A DNA stretch of 64,000 bases from a virus. Taxonomy: Duplodnaviria > Heunggongvirae > Uroviricota > Caudoviricetes. Position numbers and translations under genes: made by a program. The notes under the pieces were generated by a model. The model made no database searches, was not told the origin of the DNA, and was given only the letters and a program-made list of their open reading frames with translations. Below, one piece after another: positions 12,554-25,298 of this stretch (within the stretch, counting starts at the first letter, position 1; each line of letters starts with the position of its first letter). The stretch is from the IMG/VR virus record IMGVR_UViG_3300028805_000045; one strand, 5' to 3'.

Positions 12554-15500
12554 ACACTATCACCTCCTATTGCAAATTCAATGCAAAGTCCTCTTGTTGT
12601 ATCTGGAACACTATTATAGCCACCACTTGGAATACTTAAAACACCGCTCTAAGAAATACGTTCAAAATTCTATGGACTTAATTGATCTCCAGAATTACGT
12701 AAAATAATTGTTCTGGTGCTCCAAATAATCGCAGGTTTCCAACTATTATTTGAATAAACATACATTGTCTAATCTGCTGATCTTAACCAATAATTTCCTT
12801 CTTTCGGTACAATACTGGCATTATTATAATTGTATCCTGATGGATCATTAGTAGTAGTAAATATAACATTATTAAATTTAACCTATTTTTCATAGAAGCG
12901 AACTTTCTAAATTTGGCTCAATAACTCATCTGTTAAAATGCCCTCTTCAGCTCTGTTGCTTACACTTGAATCTTTATAAACAATTATATTATCTCCAGGT
13001 ATTGTCTGCCAACGAAGATTAGCTTCTCTACTAAGAATAGTATCAGTAATATTTTCTAATTCTCTAGCAGAAGGTAAATAAATATCGCTACTATCTATAT
13101 AAGGAGTATCATTTCGTTGCCATTGCGTATAACCTCCACTACCGTTAACATATTCATAAGTAATACATGGAATTTGATTCGTATATAATATTGATTGTAA
13201 CACGGTAGGTAAAGCATTGTAAATTACAGTCTAACAATAATTTTTAATATTAGAATTATGCCATCCTGCTATATTATTAACTGCAATATCTGAAGTGCTA
13301 CTGCTCCACTAATATCCACGATCTCCTATTACAGAAACAGAAGCAAAATTTAATTTTGAAGAGCGTCCTACAGTAATAGTATTATCTTCTGTACGAGTAT
13401 TACCATTATCATAACCAGTTAAAACAAAAGAAATATCCTCATGTGGCCAACTGGCTAAAGCATTACAGTCATCACTTCTTAATGCCGCGTGCCAATATTT
13501 CATAAAATGAATTTGCGCTTTTGCTGGTCTTCTGACATAACTTCTATCATCATTTTCAATGATATTTTGAATTTCACCCGTATTAGTATTAACTAGATAG
13601 TTACCACCTAAAATTAATGGTACATTAATTGAAGTATAATTTTCAAGAGTTAAAGAACTAACAATTACTTCACCAGGTAGTGCATTTGTAGAAATTGGTC
13701 TACGATAATATACGTTTAATACATTACTATTAGCTTCATGAGATAAAACAACAATATTACGGTATCCATCATTACTGGCTAAAGAACCTTGTTCTATAGT
13801 AGCATAATTAGTGTTATCTCCCCAATAAACACGAATCTATGAACTAGTAACATCATAAGTGATTTTAAATCCATGTATTGTTTTATTGTTATTATTATAA
13901 TAGCATGAAGCTAAAATAGTTTCAGTTACAGAAGATGGAACATCCTATAACATTGTAAAGTCTAGAGCTAAAGTAAAACTTTCATTTTCTTTTAATGGAT
14001 AAATTTCATTAATATTATTATAGGTAATAACTCTATTTACGTTACCATTTAATATATATGGTAATGTTTGTCCAGATAATAAATCTTCTGATGTAATATT
14101 AGAATAATTAAAGTCATGTCCTAATGTAAAATTAACAGTGCCAGACCCACGATAATTTTCTAGACAATTCTATCTAATGTCTCCATTTAATTGTCCTAAA
14201 CCATATAAATCTGCTGCATTTAATTGTGAGAAGTCCGTAATATTAATTTCATTATTAAAATCAATAGTACTTTCTTCCCAGATAGCATTAACAACCGCGG
14301 TATTATTTTCTAATTCAAAGTTTTCTTCGTTTAAAATGGTTAATGCTTTATCCCATCCTTTAAAAGCATAATAGTGTCCATTACTATTTTTAACTGTATT
14401 TAGTTTAAGATTCCCAGTCTCTTTTTTTGAAGGAGAAGTATAAGCGACCAAAGATTGATTATATGTAAGATTTGGAATGGATGTCAATGTTGTACCATTA
14501 TCTTTCCATACAAGAGTGTAAAGTTGCGGAGTTTGACTATACTAAGCATAGAAAGTATAATTATTATTAGCTAACATTCCAGATTCTAAAATCTAACCAG
14601 TCGCAGTTTTCCAATTAGCAAATGTATAAGTTGCTACTCGATCTGCTTTTTTCTATGGCAATGGTGGAACCTAGCCAGTTATTGGATCTGGATAAGTGGT
14701 AGGATCTGGAATTGTTTCTTCTGAAGTTAAATAGAAAGTTTTATAAAGTACTTCGCCATTAAAAAACTGAATTGTATTTTCAGTAACCGTCTACTGGTGT
14801 ACATCAATTATTAAATCGTTGCCATATCGTTCTTTAATCTTATTTAACAAAGAAGCTCTAATTTTATTAATTCCAATTCTACCAGTAATTTGTGGAGTCT
14901 AATCTTTTCGTCCGCCATCGCTTGATAAGAATTTATTTTCCATTAAATCACTTGCTAATATTTCAAGGAAATATGGATCATCTTCTAATTCAATATTAAT
15001 TCCAATTAATCTAATTCCATTAGTTAAATGACTAATTTTTTTATCAACATTATTAATTTTAACAGTTTGAATAGTTTTAGTAATAATGTCAACAACTGGA
15101 ATGTTAGGAGTATTTTCTATCCATAAACGCATAACATTAGCATAATTATTATTTTCAGAATTTTCATAACTAAAATTAGTTAAACGACTCTAATTAATAA
15201 TTGTAATGTCAGTTATATTTTCACCATAAGCAATAGTATCAAGTACTCCACCACGAGGCAAAGCAATTGTATTTAAACCACTACCAGTTGCGTATACTTT
15301 TTTAATAAAACCATTATTACTTAATTGTAAAGAAGTTAAATTCTTTAAATTGCATACATTAATTTCTTCTAATAATACGCAAGAATTTAAACCATCAATA
15401 TCATCTGTTGATGTATTAGAATATCCAATGGCATCAGACCCAAGAATTAATTTCTTTAAATTTACCGCATTACCAATTTTAACTTGCCATGGATGGAAGC

Positions 15501-18500
15501 GAGAAATATCTCCAATATCATTTAATACTGAAGCCCCGTAAATTTCAATACCATCAGTATTATTCATATTACCAGAGTGCTATATTTGACATGGAGTAAA
15601 TTCAGGAACCCATTCTTCTTCATTAATATCTTTCCAATCTTTTAAATTAAAATCATATACTTTATTTGCACGACGCGTAACTTTAGTTGTATCATTAACA
15701 TCGCCAAACTATGCGCCAGGATATAATTTCTAGTTAGCAACTAAAGTTAAAATAGAATTATCATGATTAACCTATGTTCCCGCGCGGAAAGTAATTTTAT
15801 CTTGAAGAAATTCATTACCATCATATTTACTAGCTAGGAACAATGAACGCTATTTCATAAAGATAGCCTTTTGTCCAGTACGAGTTCCACGTTGTAAATA
15901 TTTATATTTATCAGTACTTGGAGCTGGCGGATCTTTTGTATAATCTAAGAATCCATTAGTCCAAGGCTTATCATATTTTAATATCATATCTTGATTAACG
16001 ATGGCAGGACACAAAGAAGCTAAATTATCAGTAATTTGCTAACGATAAAATACTGAATACTTTAAGCCAGTAGTATAGTTATATAATTTTTTAGCCATGG
16101 CCTTTAAGTCTTGCTAGAAACAGTCTTCTACTTGTAACCATAAAATAGAATCAAAGCCCGCAAATTTTAATTTATTGTATAGACTATAATCCCAATCAGC
16201 ATCATAACGAATTTTTAAATAACCAACGTTATCTGCACTAAAACATGAATCAAGGTCATACAATACTGGAGCCCAAATAGCAAAATTAGAATGTCCGTCT
16301 CCTTGCTCCCAATCTATGCTATTAATAACACTATCTTTAACAAATACATGTTCTATATTACCTAATTTCATGTTACCATTTTCATCAAACTAATAATCAC
16401 CATTATCATCCATAATTGGTTCTTGCATTACACGGGTTTCAAGATTTTCTGAAAGTGTCCAAGGGCCTGAATTAGGATTATTATTTCCTTCAAAATAATA
16501 TGAATCAGAATCTTTAATTTTAATTCTTTCTTCGCCTGCATTATCAGTTCTCATATGAATATTCTTTACACGATTATCACATAACGCAGTATATTCCATG
16601 AAAAGGTAATAAATAAGAATATGATTAAAATTAAAATGATTTTTAAATTCATTAATAAAAATTTGTTTCTTGTCTGCACGCTTATTGGCATCATGTTCAT
16701 ACCAGTAATTAGCACGATTTCCTAACCAGGAAGATAAAATCTAAAAATGATTATAATTGGGAACTTTATTAATATCAGCTAAATCTCCTTCATCTGGATA
16801 AATACATTCTAATTCTCGCGCTATTGCTGGTTTATTATCAATTATTTCAAATAAGCCATCATGTTTAAAGTATAATAAACTACCAGTATTATTACGAAAA
16901 TCCCATTTTTGACACATTGTGTCGTCATCTTTATCATTAGGAGCTTCCAAACCGAACGTTTTATGATTACCTTTATCATTATTTAGACAGCCATCCCCAA
17001 CAAATTCAGGCTAATCGTCTCCATTCTACTGAAATAATAAACATTTAATTCCATAAACAGTAAATTGAGTTTGATCAGTCCAACGATCAGATAATCTATC
17101 TTCAGCACTGTATAAAGTATTAGCAATGTTTGCATTAAAAGTATTAGCATGATCAGTAGACATATAATCTGCTTTCCAGCACAAAGTGCTTTCGCCAATA
17201 CCCGCTTCTTTTAATGCATATTTTACTTTCTTGCTTTTCTTATAAGCTTTAATAGGATGAATAATTAATTCATCACCTGTGCTATATAAATCATAAGCAT
17301 TTCCTACTTCTACTTCTTCCGTTGCTAAATATTCTTTAATTTTTTCTATTACTTCATTTTGAGTAGGTACACTTACTAAATTTTTTACAAGTGTAGAAAT
17401 ATTAGCTCCACAATCAATAATATAAGTAGGTAATTCTGCTTCATCTCCGTGTATACTTCTATACGCGGCTGCCGCAGCAGTATTAATACTATATTTATAT
17501 ACTTGCTTTACAGAAATGTTTTCATTTTCATCAAATACCATTACATCATTATCGTCGCCTTTAGCTAAATATATTTTTAAATTTTTTACAGGGAATTTCT
17601 ATGAAGAAGTACCTTGTACATTATTAGAGCTAGCATAGCCATACAAATTATTAGGATCAATAAGTTTATCCTATAAATTAAATTCAATAGAATAACCTTC
17701 ATTATTTGTAGCATCAGGCTTAGTTAGTAATAAACCAGATTCGGTTTTTCCAACCGTATCTCCATCTTTCTAGCGTCCAACAACAGAAGGATATCCCTTA
17801 TATGGTGCCATAGTCGGTACTTGAACTCCATTAACAGTTCCCATACCAGTTAATAATAAACAAGTATATTTTTTACGCGCCTTTTCATAATCTACTAAAC
17901 CCTAATCATTAAGAACATCGTTATGTTCAAGACGAATAATTTTATCACGAGTTGCTACTGGGGCTACTGCATAATTGTGTAATACTTTTTCAGTAGTTAG
18001 ACCACGATTATATAGTTTAATACTATATAATTTAATTAAGCAGGTATCACTACCAATTGTAATTGTAGCATTATTATTAAAATCATTACCAGTAATATTG
18101 TATGGACAAGAATTTGCAAATTCACCGTTAACATAAATATTAGTAGATTGATGATAAGTCCCATCCGCGGCTAAAACAGTAGAAATAGGTTCAATAACAA
18201 AAGTTAAATGAGTGCGTGTACCTGGATTTAAATAAGCCGCAGCAACACTTTCTTCATTTTTAATAAATCCTGTTTCATCAATGTCAATATTAGATCCGCT
18301 ATTTAGTAAATAACAATTTTGTGGAGTTACTCTAAAACCAGTTGGATTTGTACCTGTGCTCATACAATCAATAATTGTTGCTTTTAAATCTGTTGTGGAT
18401 AATACTTCATAATCAATTTCAATTGTACGACCATTAGTGGTAATGTTTTCTATCTCTGGACTTGTTTCAATACTAACATTATTAAATGTTGTGCTAAAAA

Positions 18501-21500
18501 TAGGAACATTTATATTTAATGTCGCTCCGCCACCAATGATTAAACTTTCACCGTCTACATATCCATCAGTGGCCCAATTAAAGTTATTAAAAGTGCCAAT
18601 GAATTCAAGATTTTGACCGCCGGGTGTAGTGTATGTATAAGTATATTTTTCTTTTCCTACATTATTATTAGAACGTCCATAAGCACTATATTTAAAAATT
18701 AAATTATCTATTTCTTCAGTTAGCTTATAACTAGTATCTAAATAATTAATTTGTACCGCAATCGTTTGAGAATCACTTAAATTATTATGTGTAGCAGTAA
18801 ATTTTACATATACAGTAATTGGATCTGGATCGGGATCACTTTGGTGCTCTTTTCTTAAACTTGGATAATTAAATGTTTTATATGGCGGGTCAATAAGTTT
18901 ATTATTTTGTACGTCAGTTAATACATCAGTCTAAATAGGATTTTTATTTTGTCCATTCATTGTATATAATTCAATTTCAACCTTATCAGTTGTTTCAGAC
19001 CCAATCGTATTGACTGAATAGTTTACTACTAATTCATCTCCATCCATAATAGAAGTATTTCTTGCAGAAGCGCCAATCATGGGGGCTAATCGTTCATTAT
19101 CCGTATTATATAAAATATAATAATTTAATCTATTGGATTCAAGTCCTGCTTCTGTTACAAAATAAACCTAAAATGTATGCATCCCATTTTTTTCATTTTC
19201 TGGTTTATCTTTTAAAATATTAGCAATAGGAATAAGCTAAGATAAGGTTTCATTATGAGAATTTGTAGTTACTGGATTAGTAGCTTCTTTTCCATCTAAT
19301 AGAAAATGCACGGTTTTTGTAATACCCTGTCCAAAGCAACGATAGGGGAATAAGAAATTACTATTTTTTACAGAACCATAATTAAATGATTCATCAACAA
19401 TAGAAATATTTACTCGCGTAACTCTAAAAGTAGAAGAATAAGTTGAAAAAGCATTTGTTTCTTCACTTGTAGGATAAACAGTTAATCTTATACGAAATTC
19501 CATTGTAATATCTTCTTCTAAATATTTAGTAATATTTATATTAAAAATGGTATTATTAGGAATAATGTACTTTTCGTCTTCAATATTTGCTTTAACTTCT
19601 ATTCTATCTCCAGTATTCCAAGCAGTAGTTCCTCTTCTACGATACTAAATATTTCCTTCTGCAGTTGCATTGGGCAATAAAGCATTTCCTTGCTAAATTA
19701 AAACTTTAGCACTAATTGTAACTGGATCGGTACTATTTGAAGGAATAGAACGACTTGCGGGCGTAGTAGAATCAATACGAGCATTATATAAGTTTGCAGT
19801 TCCACTACCGCCGCCACCAACGATATCATATTCCATTAACTTACCGTTTGTATCTAAAACTTGTAATTTTTGTGACTCTACTTCATTATTACTATCATAG
19901 ATATTTTGAATACGAGCATTACGAACTGCAACAAAATCACCTAATAAATTATTAACTTTTTCAGTATCTTCTACTGCATAAGCAACTAATCCACCAGAAA
20001 AAGATTGTTCGGTAGGCCATTTATCTTGTTCAGCAGAATTTTCAATTTGGACATTCTATACGCCAATTTCATTGATAATTTCATCTGGTAGTTCTGCTTC
20101 ACCGCCGCTACCGCCGCTGATTAGTTGCCAAGTTTCATTTATATATTTCCAGTAATAGTATTTATCTCCATTTTTTAATAAATAATCTACATCTTCTGAA
20201 GGTTCTTCACTAACTAAAATTGGATTACCTTCAGTATCATATGTTACAGCATCAATAACTTTCGTAGCAGATTTTGGCGCTGTTTCTAAATCATTTACTT
20301 TTTTTACTAGTCCAGCAGTTGAATTTCCTACTGTAGTTTCAAGAGTGCTTACTCTACTATTTAAAGCATTTCCCTCTAACTTTTCTCCGCCATCAATTGC
20401 GTCAAGACGCTCATCTAAACTAGTTAATGATTCATTTAAATTATCTAATGAGGCATTTACTGTAGAAGCAACCGCGGCCTTACTAGCAATATCTTCAACT
20501 GCACTTAATCTATCTTTGATACCAGTAGATTCAGTATTTAAATCAGATTTTACTTCATTTAAATCAGAAGCAATATTATCAATTCTACTCTAAGTATCTT
20601 CAATTGCTTCAGTATTAAACATTCCTAGTTCAGCTGCAATTGTATTAACTTTCTATTCAATAGAAGAGAAGCGAGCGGCAATTGTATCCGTGGGTTGTCC
20701 CGCTTCAACTTCTCGGTGCGCTGCATTTAGTTCACTACGAATTGCAGTAACTATATCTACAAGACTATTACTTTCAGAACCAGCCTCACCGCCATCTAAG
20801 CTATCTAAACGATCTTCAATATCTTCGAATCTAAGAGCTAGCGTGTCTACTGGTTGTCCAGACTGAACTGCTCGATGAGCATTATTAACTTCATTTAATA
20901 AAGCAGCAACGTTAGATTTTATATTAGAGCCAGACTGTGGATCATTAATGACTTGATCTTCAAGTGCTAATATTCTTTCATTATGCTTTTTCCCGCCTAC
21001 ATCATCACGTTTACCGCCATCAATTCCTGAAACACGATTTAATAAGTCATTAAAATCTGAATAAGTTACAATTGTATTAAGTTTATCATCCGTATAATTT
21101 TTTGCTCTATTATAAGCAGCGGTTTCGGCTGAAGCAATATCACTATCCATAGCTGTCAATCTAGCAACTAAGTCAGTTTTTCTGCCTGTTAATTTAGTAA
21201 GATTTCCTAAAGCGGTAGAAATGTCACTAACATTGGTATTAGTTGCGTCAAGACTTGCTTTATCGGCTTTTTTAGCCGCCTCCTAATCAGTATAAGTTTT
21301 TGCCGCGTCTAAAGCCTAGTTTGCCATAGTTTCTGCTGTAGTATTTGCATTATTAACTATAGAATTTAATTTTCCTAATAAGCTTTTATTAGGTGATTTT
21401 GCTGCCTCAACAGCGTCTATGGCATTCTGAGCATTAGTTACTGCTGTATCATAAATATTTTCTTTACTATTCTTCCAGCTTTTTAAAGTTGATATATCAC

Positions 21501-21681
21501 TTTCAAAATTTTCTACTTTATTAGCCTTTGTTACTGCGTCACTAATAGCATCACGAATATCAGGAATTGTCTTATCGTTAATAGTCTCTACACTAGTAGC
21601 TACGTTTTCAGTATCTTTAATCATATCGTTCAGATGCTAAGAAGTAATTGGATCACCTTCATACCATATTTGAGCAGTCAT
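12550..21681 (-). CDS. Giant multidomain tail/virion protein (~3,043 aa): coiled coil, LamG-like, CotH-kinase-like, LRR, InlB-B-repeat-like; TAG-recoded
   Basis: 13 ORF-track fragments from 12907 to 21624 lie in one frame and those checked end in TAG; ATG 21681 after AAGGAGGG; ends TGA 12550. Confidence 0.8.
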
Positions 21682-21807
21682 TATATTCCCTCCTTTAACT
21701 CGGCCCGTCGCCGTAATACCTTTTTCTCTTCAAATAATTTCATTTGAAGAAGAGTCTCCTCTATTTCAGGAGTGGCAATTCAATGTATAAATTCATTCTT
21801 TTTCTTC

Positions 21808-21836
21808 TTGACTTATTTTTTATTTTCTGATATAAT
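21808..21836 (+). promoter_or_regulatory. sigmaA-type promoter
   Basis: TTGACT-17 bp-TATAAT with extended -10 TG. Confidence 0.75.
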
Positions 21837-21859
21837 ATATATAGAAAGGAAGGGATAAA

Positions 21860-22279
21860 ATGAACGATTCTCACTTGTTTAAATTAGCGCGAGAATGTAG
21901 TTTTAAATCTGATTATACTGGCGGCGGAAAAGCCCATATTGGTTGTATTGCAGTCTATAAAGGAACTGTATTGGCAAAAGGCTGGAACACTGATAGAACG
22001 CATACTGACCAAGCAAAATTTAACATTTGGCGCTATAAAGATTGTGGGAATAATTATCTTCCTTCCAAAACTCATGCAGAACAAATGTGTTGCTCTAAAA
22101 TTAAATATTTAGATATTGATTTTTCTAAAGTTCATTTGTATATTTATAGAGAATTTAAAGACGGTAAGCTGGCAATGTGCCGCCCCTGTCCTTCTTGCCG
22201 TGCCGCACTTAAATCTCTTGGTATCCAACATATTCATTATACGACTGATAGCGGTTACTGTTATGAAAAATTTATTTAG
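21860..22279 (+). CDS. Zn-dependent cytidine/dCMP deaminase-family protein
   Basis: HAE and RPCPSC motifs; ends at TAG followed immediately by a terminator. Confidence 0.8.
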   Translation: MNDSHLFKLARECSFKSDYTGGGKAHIGCIAVYKGTVLAKGWNTDRTHTDQAKFNIWRYKDCGNNYLPSKTHAEQMCCSKIKYLDIDFSKVHLYIYREFKDGKLAMCRPCPSCRAALKSLGIQHIHYTTDSGYCYEKFI

Positions 22280-22303
22280 AAGCCTTTATGGCTTCTTTTT
22301 TTT
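22278..22303 (+). terminator. Intrinsic terminator
   Basis: agaagcc-tttat-ggcttct followed by T-run. Confidence 0.7.
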
Positions 22304-22362
22304 GTATAAAAAAGTGATTTTACTTAGAAGCCATAATACCTAAAAATAAGGGAGGTGATATT

Positions 22363-23040
22363 ATGGAAATTCAAGTACAAATCACTCGGCAAGAAAATGC
22401 GGATTACTTTAATGCTAAAATTAATGATATTGTTAAAGTAGATTTTGAACAATATGTTGCGGCAGTTGTCGCTTCTGAGATTGGTAATTCTCCATTAGAA
22501 GCATGTAAGGCACAAGCTGTCGCGGCGCGAACCTATGCTGTAAAACGCGGTGTCTTACGGGGAAAACCAATTTCCGATTCATCTCTTGTTGCATAGGCAT
22601 ATCGCGCGAATCGTTATGATATTAAAGTATATCCTAACTGTATTAAAGCCGCCAACGACACCGCTGGTGAAGTTCTTTACTATAACAAAAAGCCTATTGA
22701 TGCTGTCTATTCTTCTAGCAATGGAGGAATGATAGTATCAGCGGAAGAAAAGTGGGGAAGCGCAGTTCCATATCTTGTTGCAAAAGAAGATCCATGGACA
22801 TTAGCTTCTGGTTATAAGAAAAACGGACATAGCGTAGGAATGAGTTAGCAAGGCAGCATTTATGCCGCAAAACATAATTTTTCTTATCGTGCTATTCTTA
22901 ATTTCTACTATCCACAAACCACTTTAATGTTTTGTTACGGCGAGAACTTATCTGATATTGCGGCAGATTTGAAATTATTACATAATAAATTAGACGAAAT
23001 TTAGGCCGCATTAAGTAAAATAAAAGAGGAGCTCTTATGA
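22363..23040 (+). CDS. SpoIID/LytB-domain lytic transglycosylase-like protein, TAG-recoded (225 aa)
   Basis: YVAAVVASE, KAQAVAARTYA, YSSSNGG, VPYL, GHSVGMS(TAG)QG, ILNFYYP; TAG falls at family-conserved Gln positions. Confidence 0.85.
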
Positions 23041-23056
23041 GCTCCTCTTTATTTTT
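23023..23056. terminator. Bidirectional terminator between convergent genes
   Basis: aaagaggagctc-ttat-gagctcctcttt. Confidence 0.7.
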
Positions 23057-23488
23057 TTACTTTTCTACTCGATCGCTGATCCATTCTTCGCGCTTATCTT
23101 CATTCTTAGATACTCGTTCACCATATTCATCAAACTGGCGGGCAAGCTTTCCAATGTATTCATCCATATAATTTACTAGATAATTACCACGCTTGAAAAG
23201 ACTTACATTAAACTTATGCTTTGCTTTACCATAAGCAATTGCGCGACCGACTTCTTCATCCCAGGTGTCTCCTTCAGCACAAGTGGCAATACCAGTGAAT
23301 CGCCGTGGCATTGTTAGTTTTTCTATTAATGTACGTTCAAGATCTAGTGGACAATTACTCCATAGGCCAAAACCATAATCAATAAAGTCAAAAAGCTTAT
23401 TCTCTGTATTGTCAATAATACAAATTACCTTACGCTTTTCCTGATCAACAATAAATTTACAATCCTTGGGCCGAATATTAATTTTCAT
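23057..23488 (-). CDS. Hypothetical phage protein
   Basis: 143 aa with own promoter and RBS; GIATCAEGDTWDEEVGRAIA motif. Confidence 0.75.
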   Translation of the reverse strand: MKINIRPKDCKFIVDQEKRKVICIIDNTENKLFDFIDYGFGLWSNCPLDLERTLIEKLTMPRRFTGIATCAEGDTWDEEVGRAIAYGKAKHKFNVSLFKRGNYLVNYMDEYIGKLARQFDEYGERVSKNEDKREEWISDRVEK

Positions 23489-23546
23489 TTCTTTTTTCTC
23501 CTTTTTCTTTTTTACATATATATTATAATATAATTTTAAATAAAAG

Positions 23547-23945
23547 TCAAATTATTAAAATAAATAGCCAAGTTAAAAAAATTTGTCCAAAATGAATTAA
23601 TTGATCTTGAATTAGATTAATCCTATGCAGATTTGCTTTTAAATTATCTACATAAGCATGACATAAAGTATTATAAACATAAGACATAAAGATAGGATAA
23701 TATAATGATGAGTCATTTTTCCATATTGCTATTACTAGTAATGGTAATGAAATCATAAACGCCCAACTAAAAGCATGTTCATACAATGCCATTTTATAGT
23801 CATTTTTATATAGCTAATCTGGTGCATTCTTTTCCCACCATATCTTTTGTTTCATTGAAGCGAGGATACCCTATAAATAATAGTCATCCACTATGTGGCA
23901 GAAAAACATCATGACGAGAACTATAAACTTAAAATCAGTAGTCAT
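23547..23945 (-). CDS. DUF3307-like membrane protein, TAG-recoded
   Basis: HIVDDYYL(Q)GILASMKQKIWW..H..DNLK..DQLIH. Confidence 0.7.
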
Positions 23946-23949
23946 TAAT

Positions 23950-24216
23950 TTATTTTCTCCTTAGCATTCTTGCACCACAACATGGACAATAATTATTAAT
24001 ACCAATTTCTAATTGATATTCTGAAATTTTAGTTTGGCATTCAGAGCATAAAGTAATACCATTGGCTAACTTAATCCAATGTGCGGTTCTTTCTTTTTGG
24101 CCTTCTAATCTTAGAATACGATTATAACATTCGCTATAAGCACTAAAATTTTTAAACCCGCCCTTTTCATTAATGTCACGAATTATATCTATAACCTGAA
24201 TTTTTTTAATATTCAT
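23950..24216 (-). CDS. Zinc-ribbon hypothetical protein
   Basis: CSEC..YCPCCGARM. Confidence 0.65.
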   Translation of the reverse strand: MNIKKIQVIDIIRDINEKGGFKNFSAYSECYNRILRLEGQKERTAHWIKLANGITLCSECQTKISEYQLEIGINNYCPCCGARMLRRK

Positions 24217-24505
24217 TATTTGTCCCCTTTTTCAATAATTCAATATTAGAAAGACGATAATCATGTAAAATCCAATAAAGTTTATTATGTCGTGGAATAA
24301 AGCTTCGTTCCATAGATTCATTAGTCCCATGATTTGGGACTGAAACATAAGTCATAGTTTTATAACTAAATTGACTGATAAGATGTAAAACGGGTTGATT
24401 ATTGAAATAACTATGAACAATTATTCCAATGTATCTACGTTCAAAATCTTCAACTATGTCTCCATAATCTAACTGTTGGCCGCTAACATCTTTCCATTTT
24501 AGCAT
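24206..24505 (-). CDS. Hypothetical protein
   Basis: 99 aa ORF with RBS and promoter. Confidence 0.6.
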   Translation of the reverse strand: MLKWKDVSGQQLDYGDIVEDFERRYIGIIVHSYFNNQPVLHLISQFSYKTMTYVSVPNHGTNESMERSFIPRHNKLYWILHDYRLSNIELLKKGTNNEY

Positions 24506-24553
24506 TTCTTTCTCTCCTTCCTGTAAAAATTATAACATAATTTTTATAAAAAG

Positions 24554-24790
24554 TCAAGATAAATTTTCTTTTTTACTAAATAACTCTTTTAATTCTTCAT
24601 TTTTTTCTACAATATCAATAGCCTGATAAAATTTAGCTAAATAAGACTTGTCAACAGTCCAAGTCTTAGGGTCAATAAATAATAAAATAAAACTAACCAC
24701 AAAGGCGGCATTTTTAAAGCCGCACTCTTTCTCTATCTAGGAAGTCAGTTTGCTTAATACTTCCGTCTAAAAAATGTTTTTCTCGTCCAT
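24554..24790 (-). CDS. Hypothetical protein, TAG-recoded (78 aa)
   Basis: GGAGG RBS, MDEKNIF(Q)TEV..; two TAGs. Confidence 0.45.
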
Positions 24791-25157
24791 TTAAGTCCTC
24801 CAATGTATTACTATAACCTTCTTGAAAGCTATAAATATTTCCACAATTACCACAAGTTACAGTAATACATCTTTTATTTGGATTTTGTTCTGGTGGTCCT
24901 ACATAATATAAAAGAGTTTGTGTTTCATACATTTTATAATAATTAGTAGAGCCGCACTTTGGACAGGCATCATGTCCATCATCTTTATATATATAAAAAT
25001 TGTTATATAATTCCTTTATAATTGCCGTTGCTTTCTCAACTAATTTAAGCGCGCAATCACCATCATAATATTTACAAGTGTCACAATTATTTTTATGACA
25101 ATCTTCTAAATCTTGTAAAATATCTTCAGTTCGCTCTCTAAGTGTTTTCATATTCAT
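24714..25157 (-). CDS. Cys-rich hypothetical protein
   Basis: Several CxxC pairs. Confidence 0.6.
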   Translation of the reverse strand: MNMKTLRERTEDILQDLEDCHKNNCDTCKYYDGDCALKLVEKATAIIKELYNNFYIYKDDGHDACPKCGSTNYYKMYETQTLLYYVGPPEQNPNKRCITVTCGNCGNIYSFQEGYSNTLEDLNGREKHFLDGSIKQTDFLDRERVRL

Positions 25158-25298
25158 AGACTTCCTTTAAAATGTCATAACAATCATCAATAAGGCCATC
25201 CATACAACTTTGCTTATATTCACATAAACTACACATGCCTTTGATACAAATTTCTAAGTTATTTAATACAGATTCTATCTTTTCTTTATTCAAATTAA

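Noticed and set aside
266..20593. Plus-strand ORFs such as 266-460, 1055-1303, 5031-5465, 5926-6183, 20345-20593
   Set aside because: Antisense shadows of the long minus-strand genes, with no RBS or recognisable motifs.
1..21681. Pseudogenised or frameshifted structural region
   Set aside because: Fragments stay in frame and are broken only by TAG in all junctions traced, which fits recoding rather than decay.
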